From contig CAWDKY010000017.1 in assembly GCA_963802945.1 (NCBI GenBank), forward strand, positions 256,001-320,000: DNA of 64,000 nt, given 5' to 3'. Made by a program: the position numbers and the translations under genes. Below the pieces are notes generated by a model that was given only the letters and a program-made list of their open reading frames with translations, had not been told where the DNA came from and searched no databases. Shown one piece after another: positions 30,128-40,457 of this stretch. The DNA comes from an uncultured delta proteobacterium (GTDB lineage: Bacteria; Desulfobacterota; RBG-13-43-22). The first letter of the stretch is position 1. Every line of letters starts with the position of its first letter.

Positions 30128-31425
30128 TGGGACTTTTTAAAAACCCGCCTAAAAATCCAATCCACATTTTTTAAAGTATGTCCGAGATCGAATAAGTTGC
30201 TCAGCTCCTCGGGAGTCAGCCACTTTTTGATCCTCGGATCTTGCTTTAATAACTCCTGAAAATCTTCCTCTCCGGCCCAGACCTTCATGGCATTTTCCTG
30301 TACTACCTGGTAAGCCTCTTGTCGTGTGATTCCTTTTCTGGTTAAGGCCAGAAGGATTCCTTCAGAAAAGGGTAGGCCCCTGGTCAGCCCCAGGTTTTTT
30401 TTCATTCTCTCCGGATAGACAATCAGGTTTTTGAGAAGGCCGGTCAAACGGACCAGCATATAATCCAAAAGAGTGGTGGCATCGGGACCAATGACCCGTT
30501 CCACGGAAGAATGGCTGATGTCCCGTTCATGCCAAAGGGCTTGATTTTCCAGGGAGGCCAGGGCATAACCGCGCACCAGTCTGGCCAGACCGGCGATGTT
30601 TTCGGAGGCGATGGGATTTCTCTTGTGCGGCATGGCTGAAGAGCCTTTCTGACCCTTGGAAAAATATTCTTCGGCCTCCAGGACTTCGGTGCGTTGAAGG
30701 TGTCTGATTTCCACGGCCATCTTTTCGATGGATCCGGCGATAACGGCCAGGGTGCAAAAGAATTCGGCATAACGGTCCCGTTGAACGATCTGGCTGGAAG
30801 CGGGCGCGGGTTTGAGCCCTAAATGGCGGCAGACATGGGCCTCAACTGTGGGGGAGATGTGGGCAAAGGTCCCTACGGCCCCGGAGATCTTACCCACGGC
30901 AATGGTTTCTTTGGCCTGGATCAGGCGCCGAAGATTTCGGCTGGCCTCATCGTACCAGATGGCCAATTTTAAGCCGAAGGTGATGGGCTCAGCATGGATG
31001 CCGTGTGAACGGCCGATCATAACGGTTTTTTTATGGGTCAAGGCCTGTCCCTTCAATACGGATTGTAGGGCTTTTAGGTCTTCAATCAGGACCTCTGCGG
31101 CCTCCTTGAGCAGAACGGCCATAGAGGTGTCCAAGACATCGGAAGAGGTCAGGCCCAGATGGATATGACGGCTGGCCGGGCCGACTTGCTCGGCCACATT
31201 GTCCAGAAAGGCGATGACATCGTGTTTGGTGATCTGCTCCAGTTCTTCAATTCGTTCTACTGAGAAGCGGGCTCTTTTTTTGATCAGGGCCAGGTCCTTG
31301 GGAGGTATAAGCCCCAATCGGGAAAGGGCCTCACAGGCCAGGATTTCCACTTCGAGCCATTTCTGATATTTGTTTTCCGGACTCCAGATTTTGGCCATAA
31401 TCGGGCGGGTATAACGAGGGATCAT
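30124..31425 (-). CDS. purB: adenylosuccinate lyase
   Basis: MIPRYTRP, TKHDVIAF, GLTSSDV, GRSHGIHAEP, GSSAMPHKRNP; ATG at 31425 after GGAGG. Confidence 0.97.
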   Translation of the reverse strand: MIPRYTRPIMAKIWSPENKYQKWLEVEILACEALSRLGLIPPKDLALIKKRARFSVERIEELEQITKHDVIAFLDNVAEQVGPASRHIHLGLTSSDVLDTSMAVLLKEAAEVLIEDLKALQSVLKGQALTHKKTVMIGRSHGIHAEPITFGLKLAIWYDEASRNLRRLIQAKETIAVGKISGAVGTFAHISPTVEAHVCRHLGLKPAPASSQIVQRDRYAEFFCTLAVIAGSIEKMAVEIRHLQRTEVLEAEEYFSKGQKGSSAMPHKRNPIASENIAGLARLVRGYALASLENQALWHERDISHSSVERVIGPDATTLLDYMLVRLTGLLKNLIVYPERMKKNLGLTRGLPFSEGILLALTRKGITRQEAYQVVQENAMKVWAGEEDFQELLKQDPRIKKWLTPEELSNLFDLGHTLKNVDWIFRRVFKKSH

Positions 31426-31504
31426 AAAAACCTCCAATAAGAGTGTAAGGTTCAGAGTTCCAGGCTCAAGGCACAACGTATGAGGCTCAAAGCTCAATAG
31501 TATT

Positions 31505-31551
31505 ATTAAACTGAATTGAGACTTGCCTGTCAATGAAAAATTGATTATCTT
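31505..31551. promoter_or_regulatory. overlapping divergent sigma70-type promoters for purB and mfd
   Basis: Minus strand TTGACA(31533)-17-TTTAAT; plus strand TTGCCT(31523)-17-TATCTT. Confidence 0.5.
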
Positions 31552-31643
31552 TAATACAAAAATAAAATTCGAGGATTCCAGTCCCGCCGCAGGCGGGATT
31601 GAATCCTTGACCTCTTGAATCCTAGAATCCTTTAAGATTTTTT

Positions 31644-34600
31644 ATGGACGATAAATTTTGGAATGAAGAAGTTGAACGGTTGAGCCGGTCTGGGGTGAGT
31701 TTTCAGACCGTTATTCAAGAAATACAAGCCAACCGCCTGCCTTTCAGGGTCACCGGGCTCCAGGGATCGGCGTCGGCCTATTTTCTTCAGCAAAGCTGGG
31801 CCAGGGTCCGCAGAACCCTGCTGGTCGTTTGTGCCGGCCCGGAAGAAGCTCAAAACCTTTATAAGGATCTGCTTTTTTTTGCGCAGCGAGATCCGGAAGA
31901 AAACCAATTCCTTTTTCCTTCCCCGATCCTTTATTTCCCGTTTTATGAAACATTAGATTTTCGGGAATATGTGCCCCAGTCGGATACTGTGGCCCTTCGT
32001 CTGTCTTGTCTTTATTCCCTTTTGACCCGTCCTGGGCCGGTTCTCCTGATTACCTCGATCCAGGCCCTTCATTCGGCGGTCATACCCAGGGAATTACTCT
32101 CACAACAGGTGGATTATCTGGTCCGTAAAGAAGAAACAGCTCGGGAGGACCTCCTTTCTCAGTTGACCCGTTGGGGTTATTTAAGGACCCCTTTAGTTGA
32201 AGGGCCGGGGGAAATCAGTGTCCGAGGCGGGATCTTGGATATCTTTCCCCCTCTCTACAGCCGTCCGGTCCGGGTCGAATTTTTTGGGGACCGGGTCGAA
32301 TCGATTCGAGAGTTCAACCCCTCCACTCAGCGGTCAGTCCTTAATCTGGAAGAACTGGTTCTTCTGCCCATCAGTGAAATCATTTGGGACTCAGAAAGAA
32401 TGCACTTGGCCGGCGAGAAGCTGAAACGGGCCTTGATTCAAGGTGTCATAGCTGAAAACGAGGCCTCCTGGCTTAAACACCGATTGGATCAAAAGCTTCC
32501 TTTTGAAGGGGGTGAGCGGTGGTTGAGTTTGTTTTACGAAACACCGGGGTGTCTAAAAGACTATCTGCCGAACCATTTTCTTTTGGCCTGGAATGACCCT
32601 TTGTCTTTGCAGAGGGCCTTTGAGGCTGAAAAACCAGAACCTAAGAAAAAATTTTGGGAATCCTGGCAGGATGTTCCGGGGATTTTCATGGAGGATCTGC
32701 CTATAGAAACACCAGGTCTGATAACAGGTTCCCTTTGGACTTTACCAGCTCGGGATAATCAGGAAATCAGCCGCCTTATCCGTGAACAACCCTCGTCCAA
32801 GGAAGCTATTCAACAGTTGGCTGCCTTCCTTTCCACCTGGAAAGAACTGGGACAGGAAATCTGGATCATTGTTTCTCAAGACTCTCAGGCCCGAAGACTG
32901 CGGGAAATCCTGGCCTTCTATCAGCTCGAGGCCGCTTATTTCCCCGAGCAGAAGCCCCCCTTCAGCGGGCAAACTCCCGGGGTCCATATCCTGACCGGCC
33001 GGCTCTCGGCCGGATTTCGCTTGAAATCTCCTCCCTTGGTTTTTCTGACCGAGGAAGAGATCTTCGAACCTAAAAAAGAGATTCGAAAAAAAGGCCGCAA
33101 AGAGGATTTAGAGGCCTACATCACTTCTCTTGATGATCTGAAGGTCGATGATCTTGTGGTGCATAAGGATCACGGAATCGGCCTGTACCGGGGCCTGCAA
33201 TTTTTTAAACTGAACGGCTGGGAAGGGGAATTCCTTTTCATTGAATATGCCGAAGGAGACAAGCTTTATATCCCGGTTGACCGGCTCATGGGGATCCATA
33301 AATTTATGGGTTTGGAAGGGCAGGTCCCTTCTCTGGACCGTTTGGGCGGAGCGGGATGGAAAAAGGCCAAAGCCAGGGTTAAAAAGGCTGTGGAAAAAAT
33401 CGCTCAGGAATTGGTGGACCTTTATGCCCTTCGGGCAGTCAGCAAGGGTTTTGCTTTTTCCGGCCGGGACCAGATGTTCAAGGAATTTGAGGCGGCCTTT
33501 ACCTATGAGGAGACGCCGGATCAACTTAGGGTTATCGAAGAAGTGCTGGGCGATATGGAAGCGGAAAAGCCTATGGATCGTCTGGTGTGCGGCGATGTGG
33601 GCTATGGCAAAACTGAGGTAGCTTTACGGGCCGCTTTTCGGGCCGTACTGGATGGAAAGCAGGTCGCTTTTTTGGTCCCAACCACGGTTTTGGCCGAACA
33701 GCATTATCAGACTATGGCCCGGCGTTTTGAAGGCTATCCGGTTGAAGTCCGGATCTTGAGCCGTTTCAAGGGCCCCAAGGAACAAAAGCAGACCTTGGCC
33801 GATTTGGCGGCTGGAAAAGTGGATATCGTCATCGGGACCCACCGGTTGCTGCAAAAGGACATCCGGTTTAAGGATCTGGGATTGATTATTATCGACGAAG
33901 AACACCGCTTCGGGGTTTCCCATAAAGAACGGCTTAAGACCATGAGGACTCAGGTGGACTGTCTGACCCTGACCGCCACCCCCATTCCTCGCACCTTGCA
34001 ATTGTCCTTGACCGGTATCCGGGATTTAAGCACCATAGAGACTCCTCCGGAAGACCGCCAGTCCATCCGGACGCATATTATCCCTTTTGATGAAGCCAAA
34101 ATCGTGGAGGCGGTCCAGCGTGAACTTCAACGGGGGGGACAGATCTTTTTTGTCCATAACCGGGTCCACAATATCCAAACCGTTGCCTTTTTTTTAAAGA
34201 AGATCCTTCCCGGGGTAAGGATCGGGGTGGCTCATGGACAGTTGCCGGCAAGGGAATTGGAAAAGGTCATGCTTCAGTTTGTTCGGCGGGAATTGGATCT
34301 TCTGATTTGTACGACGATCATCGAATCCGGCCTGGATATCCCCACGGCCAACACCATCATTCTCAATCAAGCCGATCGGTTTGGACTGGCCCAAATGTAT
34401 CAGTTGCGGGGCCGGGTGGGGCGTTCGCGGGAACGGGCTTATGCCTACCTGGTGGTTTCCGGGGAAAGCAATTTGACCCGGGATGCTCAAAAACGTTTGA
34501 AGGTCCTGATGGACTTCAGCGAATTGGGGTCCGGGTTCAAGATCGCCCTTCACGATCTCCAGATACGCGGGGCCGGACATCTTTTGGGTACCAGTCAATC

Positions 34601-35132
34601 GGGGCATGTGGCCGCCGTAGGCTATGAGCTGTATATTCAGATGTTGGAAGAGGCCATTAACGAGTTGAAAGGCACAGGCCTGGTTGAGGAGTGGGAGCCC
34701 GAGATACGTCTCCCGATCCCGGCCTTTATCCCCGAGGGATACATCTCGGATTCCGGACACCGTTTATCATTATACAAACGATTGGTTTCGCTTAAAGCTG
34801 ATGAGGAATTAAAGGATATGCAAGGAGAAATGGAAGATCGCTTCGGGCCGATCCCTGAGGCCTTGACCAATCTGCTACAAATCCTCCGCATTAAACAGAT
34901 GATGCGACAAATAGGGATAGAACGGATCGAGACCATAGGAGATGATCTGGTTTTTTCTTTTTATCCCAAGGGGCCCTGGAAACCGGAGGGGCTGGTGAAC
35001 CTGATCCAGCAAGACCCCAACCATTATCGTTTTCAAGGTGAAGGGAAGCTTTGTGTTTCCTTTAACCAGCAGAAGCCAGACTTGACAGCCATTCAAGAGG
35101 TAATGGACCGGTTCAATTGGCTTGTGACCTGA
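31644..35132 (+). CDS. mfd: transcription-repair coupling factor
   Basis: RGGILDIFP, VVHKDHGIG, ETPDQ, CGDVGYGKTEV, DEEHRFG, TATPIPRTL, QLRGRVGRS, TRCF domain. Confidence 0.97.
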   Translation: MDDKFWNEEVERLSRSGVSFQTVIQEIQANRLPFRVTGLQGSASAYFLQQSWARVRRTLLVVCAGPEEAQNLYKDLLFFAQRDPEENQFLFPSPILYFPFYETLDFREYVPQSDTVALRLSCLYSLLTRPGPVLLITSIQALHSAVIPRELLSQQVDYLVRKEETAREDLLSQLTRWGYLRTPLVEGPGEISVRGGILDIFPPLYSRPVRVEFFGDRVESIREFNPSTQRSVLNLEELVLLPISEIIWDSERMHLAGEKLKRALIQGVIAENEASWLKHRLDQKLPFEGGERWLSLFYETPGCLKDYLPNHFLLAWNDPLSLQRAFEAEKPEPKKKFWESWQDVPGIFMEDLPIETPGLITGSLWTLPARDNQEISRLIREQPSSKEAIQQLAAFLSTWKELGQEIWIIVSQDSQARRLREILAFYQLEAAYFPEQKPPFSGQTPGVHILTGRLSAGFRLKSPPLVFLTEEEIFEPKKEIRKKGRKEDLEAYITSLDDLKVDDLVVHKDHGIGLYRGLQFFKLNGWEGEFLFIEYAEGDKLYIPVDRLMGIHKFMGLEGQVPSLDRLGGAGWKKAKARVKKAVEKIAQELVDLYALRAVSKGFAFSGRDQMFKEFEAAFTYEETPDQLRVIEEVLGDMEAEKPMDRLVCGDVGYGKTEVALRAAFRAVLDGKQVAFLVPTTVLAEQHYQTMARRFEGYPVEVRILSRFKGPKEQKQTLADLAAGKVDIVIGTHRLLQKDIRFKDLGLIIIDEEHRFGVSHKERLKTMRTQVDCLTLTATPIPRTLQLSLTGIRDLSTIETPPEDRQSIRTHIIPFDEAKIVEAVQRELQRGGQIFFVHNRVHNIQTVAFFLKKILPGVRIGVAHGQLPARELEKVMLQFVRRELDLLICTTIIESGLDIPTANTIILNQADRFGLAQMYQLRGRVGRSRERAYAYLVVSGESNLTRDAQKRLKVLMDFSELGSGFKIALHDLQIRGAGHLLGTSQSGHVAAVGYELYIQMLEEAINELKGTGLVEEWEPEIRLPIPAFIPEGYISDSGHRLSLYKRLVSLKADEELKDMQGEMEDRFGPIPEALTNLLQILRIKQMMRQIGIERIETIGDDLVFSFYPKGPWKPEGLVNLIQQDPNHYRFQGEGKLCVSFNQQKPDLTAIQEVMDRFNWLVT

Positions 35133-35295
35133 TAATTGTTCATTACTCCTAATTCAATGTTCAAGGTTGAAATTGAATTTGTATTAATCCCTCCCTCCCG
35201 CTTGCCGTTTGCAGCAGGTACCAACTCCATACTGCTTGACAACTTCAAATCGATGATTATCTTTTTCTAAAATTAAGGTTAAATGAGAGGAGGAG

Positions 35296-35763
35296 ATGAC
35301 GATGACTCTTTGGAGATGGAGTGCTCCTGGTGCCTGGGGTAACAACTTCCAGGAAATGGAAAGACTGCAAAAAGAAATGAGTCGTCTTTGGGGGATGGTT
35401 TCCGACAGCCCAACCAACGTTGAAAGGGCAAGGACCTTTCCGCCGGTAGTCATCAGCGAAGATGGAGAATACCTGTATGTAAGGGCTGAATTTCCGGGAG
35501 TGGAAACCAAGCAATTGGACCTTTCGGTGGTCAACGACCAGCTTATTTTACGAGGGGAACAAAAAACCACCGAGGAAGGTGAAAAGATAAATTATCACCG
35601 TCGGGAAAGAGAAGAAGGCATCTTCCGGCGAGTAATTACTTTGCCCTCCAGGGTGAATACAGACCGGAGAGAGGCAAAAACCAAGAACGGAATTTTAACG
35701 ATCAAACTGGCTAAAGCCGAGGAAGTCAAGCCCAAACCGATTCAGATTGAAGTGGGGCAATAA
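35296..35763 (+). CDS. Hsp20 small heat-shock protein
   Basis: AEFPGV, RRERE.G.FRR.ITLP, NGILTI. Confidence 0.92.
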   Translation: MTMTLWRWSAPGAWGNNFQEMERLQKEMSRLWGMVSDSPTNVERARTFPPVVISEDGEYLYVRAEFPGVETKQLDLSVVNDQLILRGEQKTTEEGEKINYHRREREEGIFRRVITLPSRVNTDRREAKTKNGILTIKLAKAEEVKPKPIQIEVGQ

Positions 35764-35785
35764 GTTTTTTTGTGAGGTGAAGATC

Positions 35786-36187
35786 ATGACCGAAAAAGAA
35801 ATGCAATTTAGAGACAAACAGGAATTTAAGGGAACGGGAGAGACCACCAAAACCGGCTCGACCTTTATTCCGGCCGTAGATATCTTTGAAACCGAAGAGG
35901 CCTTGACCATGATGGCCGAGCTGCCGGGAGTCAGCCAAGAAGGATTACACATTGACCTTAAAGACAACCAGATCTCAATACTTGGGGAGGTGGAAGAACT
36001 TTCCAGTCCCCAGGAGCGGATTCTGCTTAAGGAATTTGAAACCGGGAGATTTTATCGGCAATTTAATTTGTCAGATGTTATTGATCAGAATAAAATCAGC
36101 GCTCACCTTAAGAATGGAGTTCTCAGGGTGGTTTTGCCTAAAATTGAAAAAGCCAAACCTCGGAAGATTGAGGTTGCGGTGGAATAG
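35786..36187 (+). CDS. Hsp20 small heat-shock protein
   Basis: PAVDIFE, AELPGV, FYRQFNL, NGVLRVVLPK; ATG at 35786 after GAGG. Confidence 0.92.
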   Translation: MTEKEMQFRDKQEFKGTGETTKTGSTFIPAVDIFETEEALTMMAELPGVSQEGLHIDLKDNQISILGEVEELSSPQERILLKEFETGRFYRQFNLSDVIDQNKISAHLKNGVLRVVLPKIEKAKPRKIEVAVE

Positions 36188-36198
36188 GAAAGTTACCT

Positions 36199-36280
36199 GA
36201 CAGGATTTATAGGATAATTAGTTTTACCCTTTCTTCTGGAAAGGGCAAAAATAGATGCGAATAATCCTATTGATCCTGTC
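36199..36280. repeat. long imperfect inverted repeat between convergent genes, possible bidirectional terminator
   Basis: GACAGGATTTATAGGAT ... ATCCTATTGATCCTGTC with inner TTTTACCCTTTC-TTCTG-GAAAGGGCAAAA. Confidence 0.65.
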
Positions 36281-36282
36281 TG

Positions 36283-36519
36283 CTATTTTTTAATAGGGGC
36301 GGGCTTGGGCACCAAAGCAGAAGGGGCCGGGCCCGTATTTTTTTTAGGGGCCAGGCTTCTTAGGTATTGTTTCATCTGCTGGTCGGCTTCAATGACCTCT
36401 TCCACAGACGGGCCGGAGATATTATAAGAATAGCCTTTTTTGTTGTCATGGGAAAGCCGGATCTGGAGGGCTGTGGTCAGGACCAAGGTGATTAGAACAA
36501 ATGATGATAGTGTTTTCAT
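36283..36519 (-). CDS. small hypothetical exported/membrane protein
   Basis: N-terminal hydrophobic segment, GAGAGG RBS, Pro-rich tail. Confidence 0.55.
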   Translation of the reverse strand: MKTLSSFVLITLVLTTALQIRLSHDNKKGYSYNISGPSVEEVIEADQQMKQYLRSLAPKKNTGPAPSALVPKPAPIKK

Positions 36520-36540
36520 GGTGGTTGGACCTCTCTAACC

Positions 36541-37621
36541 TTATACTTTAAATTGTTCCCGAGCCATTAAGCTTGCCTCGGACAACAGAGATAAAAGCCG
36601 CTTGGCTGTTTGTTCGGAAAGGGTTCCCATCCCGCAAGCCGGGGTGAGCATGGCTTGCGTATATAATCGATCTCGATCGATCCCTTTGGCGATAAGGGTC
36701 TTAAAATAACCAGCCAACTGATCCAGAAGGACTGGGGCTGTTTCGTTTCCGGTGAAGTCGGAAGTTGGGATAAGACCCCAGGCCACGGCCTTTCCTTTTT
36801 CCAGGAATTCTTTGATCTCCTTGGGATAGAGCAAAAAAGAATTTCCGAAATTATAGGCATCTAAATTAATGATGTCCAGATCCAGGGAAAGAAGTAAAGC
36901 CCAATCGGTATTACCGCAGCAATGAAGCCCGATCAGGGTTTCGGCCTGCTCTCTTATCAGTTGTATTGTTTCCCCCAAAATTTTCAAGACCTCTTCTTTG
37001 GACAAGGGGGAAAAGGCCGAACCATAGCCGGCAAGCGAGGGTTCATCTAAAAAAATGATCGATTTGCGGTTTGGTCTTCAAATTTTTTTACCTGATAAAC
37101 GGCTTGGAAGGCCAGCCCTTTGACCACCGTATCCATCAATTCCGCATCGTGAATCAGAAAACGATCAGGGGACAATTTGACACTTAATCCCAGAGTGATG
37201 GGACCTACGATCTGCCCCTTGACATAACCAGCCGAAGGAGGAAGAGAGGGCAGGACCTCCAGCAACCGGTAAAAGCCAGCGGCAAATTCCGGAAGAAGGG
37301 AAAAGAAAGAAATGTCGGAGGCCAGAAATTTTTCATAAAAAAGGAGCAGGCTTTCCGCCCGGTTACAGTCCGGATCGTAAAAAAGCGTTTTCTCCGCCAA
37401 ATCGGGTTTGAGACAGGGCAGAGGGGGACTGTACTGGAGGACCATATCTTCCCGTGGATCCTTTTGAACCAATTGAGGCCAGAAAGGGATTAAAGATTCA
37501 TGAGACAGGATTTCCTGGCAGGCCAGTTCGGCAGAAAGAAAAGGTACGCTACCGATCCCTGTGGCGCTGAAGGGTTTCAGATCGTTCCCAAGGGTGTTCT
37601 TATTGCATTTTTTACCCATGT
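36541..37621 (-). CDS. folate-independent (MesB-like) methionine synthase; frameshift at about 37071
   Basis: ATGIGSVP, IPFWPQL, KGQIVGPITLG, then in the other frame IFLDEPSLAGYGSAF, GLHCCGNTDW, AWGLIPT, TPACGMG. Confidence 0.7.
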
Positions 37622-37720
37622 TGCGGGATACGGGTTGCGGGTTTGAAGAACTTTTTTTTTGACCTGTAATTCTTAACTTGCAACCCATAACAAGAAAGAT
37701 TTTAGATGAATTGGCCGGGG

Positions 37721-38281
37721 CTATTTGACCCTTTCCAGGTAATATCCGGTTCGGGTATCCACTCGGATTCGGTCTCCTTCCGAGATGAACAGGGGGACCT
37801 GGATGACGGCCCCAGTTTCCACTGTGGCCGGTTTATTTCCTCCGGTGGCCGTGTCTCCTTTAAATCCCGGTTCGGTGGCGGTTACTGTTAGTTCCACAAA
37901 ATTAGGCAATTCCAATCCCAGTGGTTCTTGATTGAAGTAAAGAAGCTTGATATTAATGTTTTCCTGAAGAAACTGGGCTTGATCCCCTATCTGGTCCTTG
38001 GGCAAATAAACTTGGTCGTAAGTAGCGTTGTCCATAAAGACAAAACTGTCCCCGTCCCGGTAGAGATACTGCATCTCTTTTTCTTCCATATTCGGACGTC
38101 CCACTTTTTCTCCGGAACGAAAGGTTTGATCGATGACCCTTCCATTGATCATATTTTTAAGCTTTGTTCGAACAAAAGCCCCGCCTTTCCCCGGTTTGAC
38201 GTGTTGGAAGTCAACGATCAGGTAAGGCTTTCCTTCCAATTCTATTTTAAGTCCTTTTCGGAATTCTGCGGTAGAATACAT
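37721..38281 (-). CDS. efp: elongation factor P
   Basis: HVKPGKGGAFVR, TFRSG, PGFKGDT, ETGA.IQVPLFI. Confidence 0.97.
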   Translation of the reverse strand: MYSTAEFRKGLKIELEGKPYLIVDFQHVKPGKGGAFVRTKLKNMINGRVIDQTFRSGEKVGRPNMEEKEMQYLYRDGDSFVFMDNATYDQVYLPKDQIGDQAQFLQENINIKLLYFNQEPLGLELPNFVELTVTATEPGFKGDTATGGNKPATVETGAVIQVPLFISEGDRIRVDTRTGYYLERVK

Positions 38282-38319
38282 AATACAGCCTAAAATACCT
38301 CCTACAGCGTGCTCACTTT

Positions 38320-38982
38320 TTAAAGCTTGTTTCCCTTCAGTTGAGAAAGCCAGTTGGTCAATGTGGACAGTACCTTGGAATCACCAAAGGCTTCTCTTAC
38401 CGTTTCTGCTTCGCTCTTGTTATTTCCCGTCGAGGAGAGCGATATTTCTTTATGTAACATTTGAGAATAAGTTTTGGTTTCCGGATCTCTTTGGGCTGAA
38501 TTTTCGACAACCGGGGTATCTGGGGCGGATTTAAGTTCTTCTTTGGGGAAAATGGGAGAGGCTAGGGATTCTTGTTTTTTTTCAGGGCCTTCTTCCGGAT
38601 ATTTTGAAAGGATTTGACTAAGTTGCCCTAACCATTCCGATAGGTTGTTTGGTTCATTCAGCTGAAAGTGTTTGGGGATGGATTCTAAGAGAGGGGCAAG
38701 TTGATTTAATTCCTGGGACACTGCCTTAATTTCCATCCAGGCCTTGTCCTTTTCGGAAAGATCCAAATAGGCCAGGGCCGATCCGATACGCAACCCCAGA
38801 TCTCCCGGGAAATAATTCAACCCTAATCGGCAGAGTTCAAGTGATTGTCTGGGTTTTTTTTGAGCCCTAAAAAATTGAATGGTAGCCATAATAAGTGGAT
38901 AAGAAGGCTCTATCTCTATGGAGAGAGTTTTAGCTCCCGAATGTTCTTTATCGGTGTTGCTTGAACTGGGTGTCAGTGACAT
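38320..38982 (-). CDS. hypothetical protein with a TPR-like helical N-terminus
   Basis: LELCRLGLNYFPGDLGLRIGSALAYLD; ATG at 38982 after AAGGAGG. Confidence 0.6.
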   Translation of the reverse strand: MSLTPSSSNTDKEHSGAKTLSIEIEPSYPLIMATIQFFRAQKKPRQSLELCRLGLNYFPGDLGLRIGSALAYLDLSEKDKAWMEIKAVSQELNQLAPLLESIPKHFQLNEPNNLSEWLGQLSQILSKYPEEGPEKKQESLASPIFPKEELKSAPDTPVVENSAQRDPETKTYSQMLHKEISLSSTGNNKSEAETVREAFGDSKVLSTLTNWLSQLKGNKL

Positions 38983-39301
38983 TTCGAGATGCCTCCTTGG
39001 AATGACCTTCGTCCAGGAAAAAGATGATTTCATCAGGTTTAACTAAACCGAATTCTCTCCGGGCGATTTCTTCCAGATAAATCGGGTCATTTTTAAGACG
39101 GGAAATTTCTCGATACATTTCCTCGTTTTTCATGTTCATTTTTTGATTGGCCAGGATCAGAGTCTCCCTTTTTTGGGCCAATTGTTTGATCCTTTGGACT
39201 TCTTGATATCCGTTAATAACCAAAAAGATAAAGCCAATGCCGAGGAAGAGTGTAAAAAACCAAAGGGATAAGCCTCTTAAGCGGCTAAAAAAGAAGTTCA
39301 A
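38948..39301 (-). CDS. ftsB: FtsB/DivIC septum formation initiator
   Basis: TM, coiled coil, YLEEIARREFGLVKPDEIIF. Confidence 0.85.
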   Translation of the reverse strand: MNFFFSRLRGLSLWFFTLFLGIGFIFLVINGYQEVQRIKQLAQKRETLILANQKMNMKNEEMYREISRLKNDPIYLEEIARREFGLVKPDEIIFFLDEGHSKEASRNVTDTQFKQHR

Positions 39302-39645
39302 GTTTGAATGCTCCCCAACGCCATTAAAGCCCGGAATAGGATCAGCTCCTTTCCCGGGATTTCCAGATAACCGTCTTCCTGCCTTTCCCGGTAGTTGGGA
39401 AAAATATTATTTAATAATACACGGATATTTATTTAAAATCCATATTTATTTTTTTAAAACAAAACGTGTGCAAGGTCAAGAGAATTTATTGGGAAACTGT
39501 GTATTTGATTGGGAAAAGAAAATAGGCTATGATAAAAAAATCAAAGGTGAAAACAGGGTTCGAGTAGTTATTTTTTAAATGAAAAAAAACATTTCTCGTG
39601 AATCCTGAGGAGAAAATGAAATTTTTTGCTTGGAAAGGAAGATAA

Positions 39646-40320
39646 ATGAAAAAAGGATTAGGATTTGGAATTTGCATCGTACTGGGGACTATACTGTTGG
39701 TAAGTTCTGTTGCCCAGGAAGGCGTATTATGGGTACACAAATTTTCTGTAGGAAAGGGACCCGGCGGCATCCCTGAAGGATGGACCCTGGAGAAAAAGAC
39801 TGGTAACCCAGAAATAAAAGTTGAACAATCCGGAGATAATGCTTTTATACATTTCCGTTCCAACAACTCATCCTTTGGCTTAAAGAAAGAGTTAAAATTT
39901 GAACTTAAAAACTATCCCTATTTGAACTGGCAATGGAAGATCACTTGCCTTCCTGAAAAGGGGGATTTCCTTAAAAAGGATACCGACGATCAAGCGGCCC
40001 AGGTCTATGTTATTTTCCCACGGTTTCCTGAAATGCTGAATACGGAATTTATCGGTTATCTCTGGGAAAGCAATCCTAAAAACAAAGGTAAAGAGGGGGA
40101 AAGCCCGGCCTGGTCCAAGTCCAAGGTCATTGTCCTACAGGCCGGACCGGAGAAGTTGAATCAATGGATTCAGGAAAAAAGAAATGTTTATGAAGATTAC
40201 AAGAGGTTATTTAAGAAAGAGCCGCCTAAAACAGGAGGAATCTCCATCTATATTAATACACAGCATACTCAGGGCAGGGCGGAGTCTTACTTTAATCACA
40301 TTTATTTTTCCAAAAATTGA
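39646..40320 (+). CDS. DUF3047-family exported protein
   Basis: Signal peptide, YPYLNWQWK, DDQAAQVYV, YLWE, W..EKRNVYEDY. Confidence 0.75.
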   Translation: MKKGLGFGICIVLGTILLVSSVAQEGVLWVHKFSVGKGPGGIPEGWTLEKKTGNPEIKVEQSGDNAFIHFRSNNSSFGLKKELKFELKNYPYLNWQWKITCLPEKGDFLKKDTDDQAAQVYVIFPRFPEMLNTEFIGYLWESNPKNKGKEGESPAWSKSKVIVLQAGPEKLNQWIQEKRNVYEDYKRLFKKEPPKTGGISIYINTQHTQGRAESYFNHIYFSKN

Positions 40321-40457
40321 AATAGGCAACAGGCATGAAGCAATAGGCGAGAGACTTGAGGCAGGGGGTAACTTGAACTTGCCGATTTGAAAATAGTGTC
40401 AAGAAATCCCCCTGAAAGAAGGGCTGGCCATTTTTATTAAATAATGTCCTTTAATTT

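Noticed and set aside
39300-39400. Riboswitch upstream of ftsB-efp-methionine synthase
   Set aside because: Some pairing potential exists, but SAM or cobalamin riboswitch consensus motifs were not found by eye.
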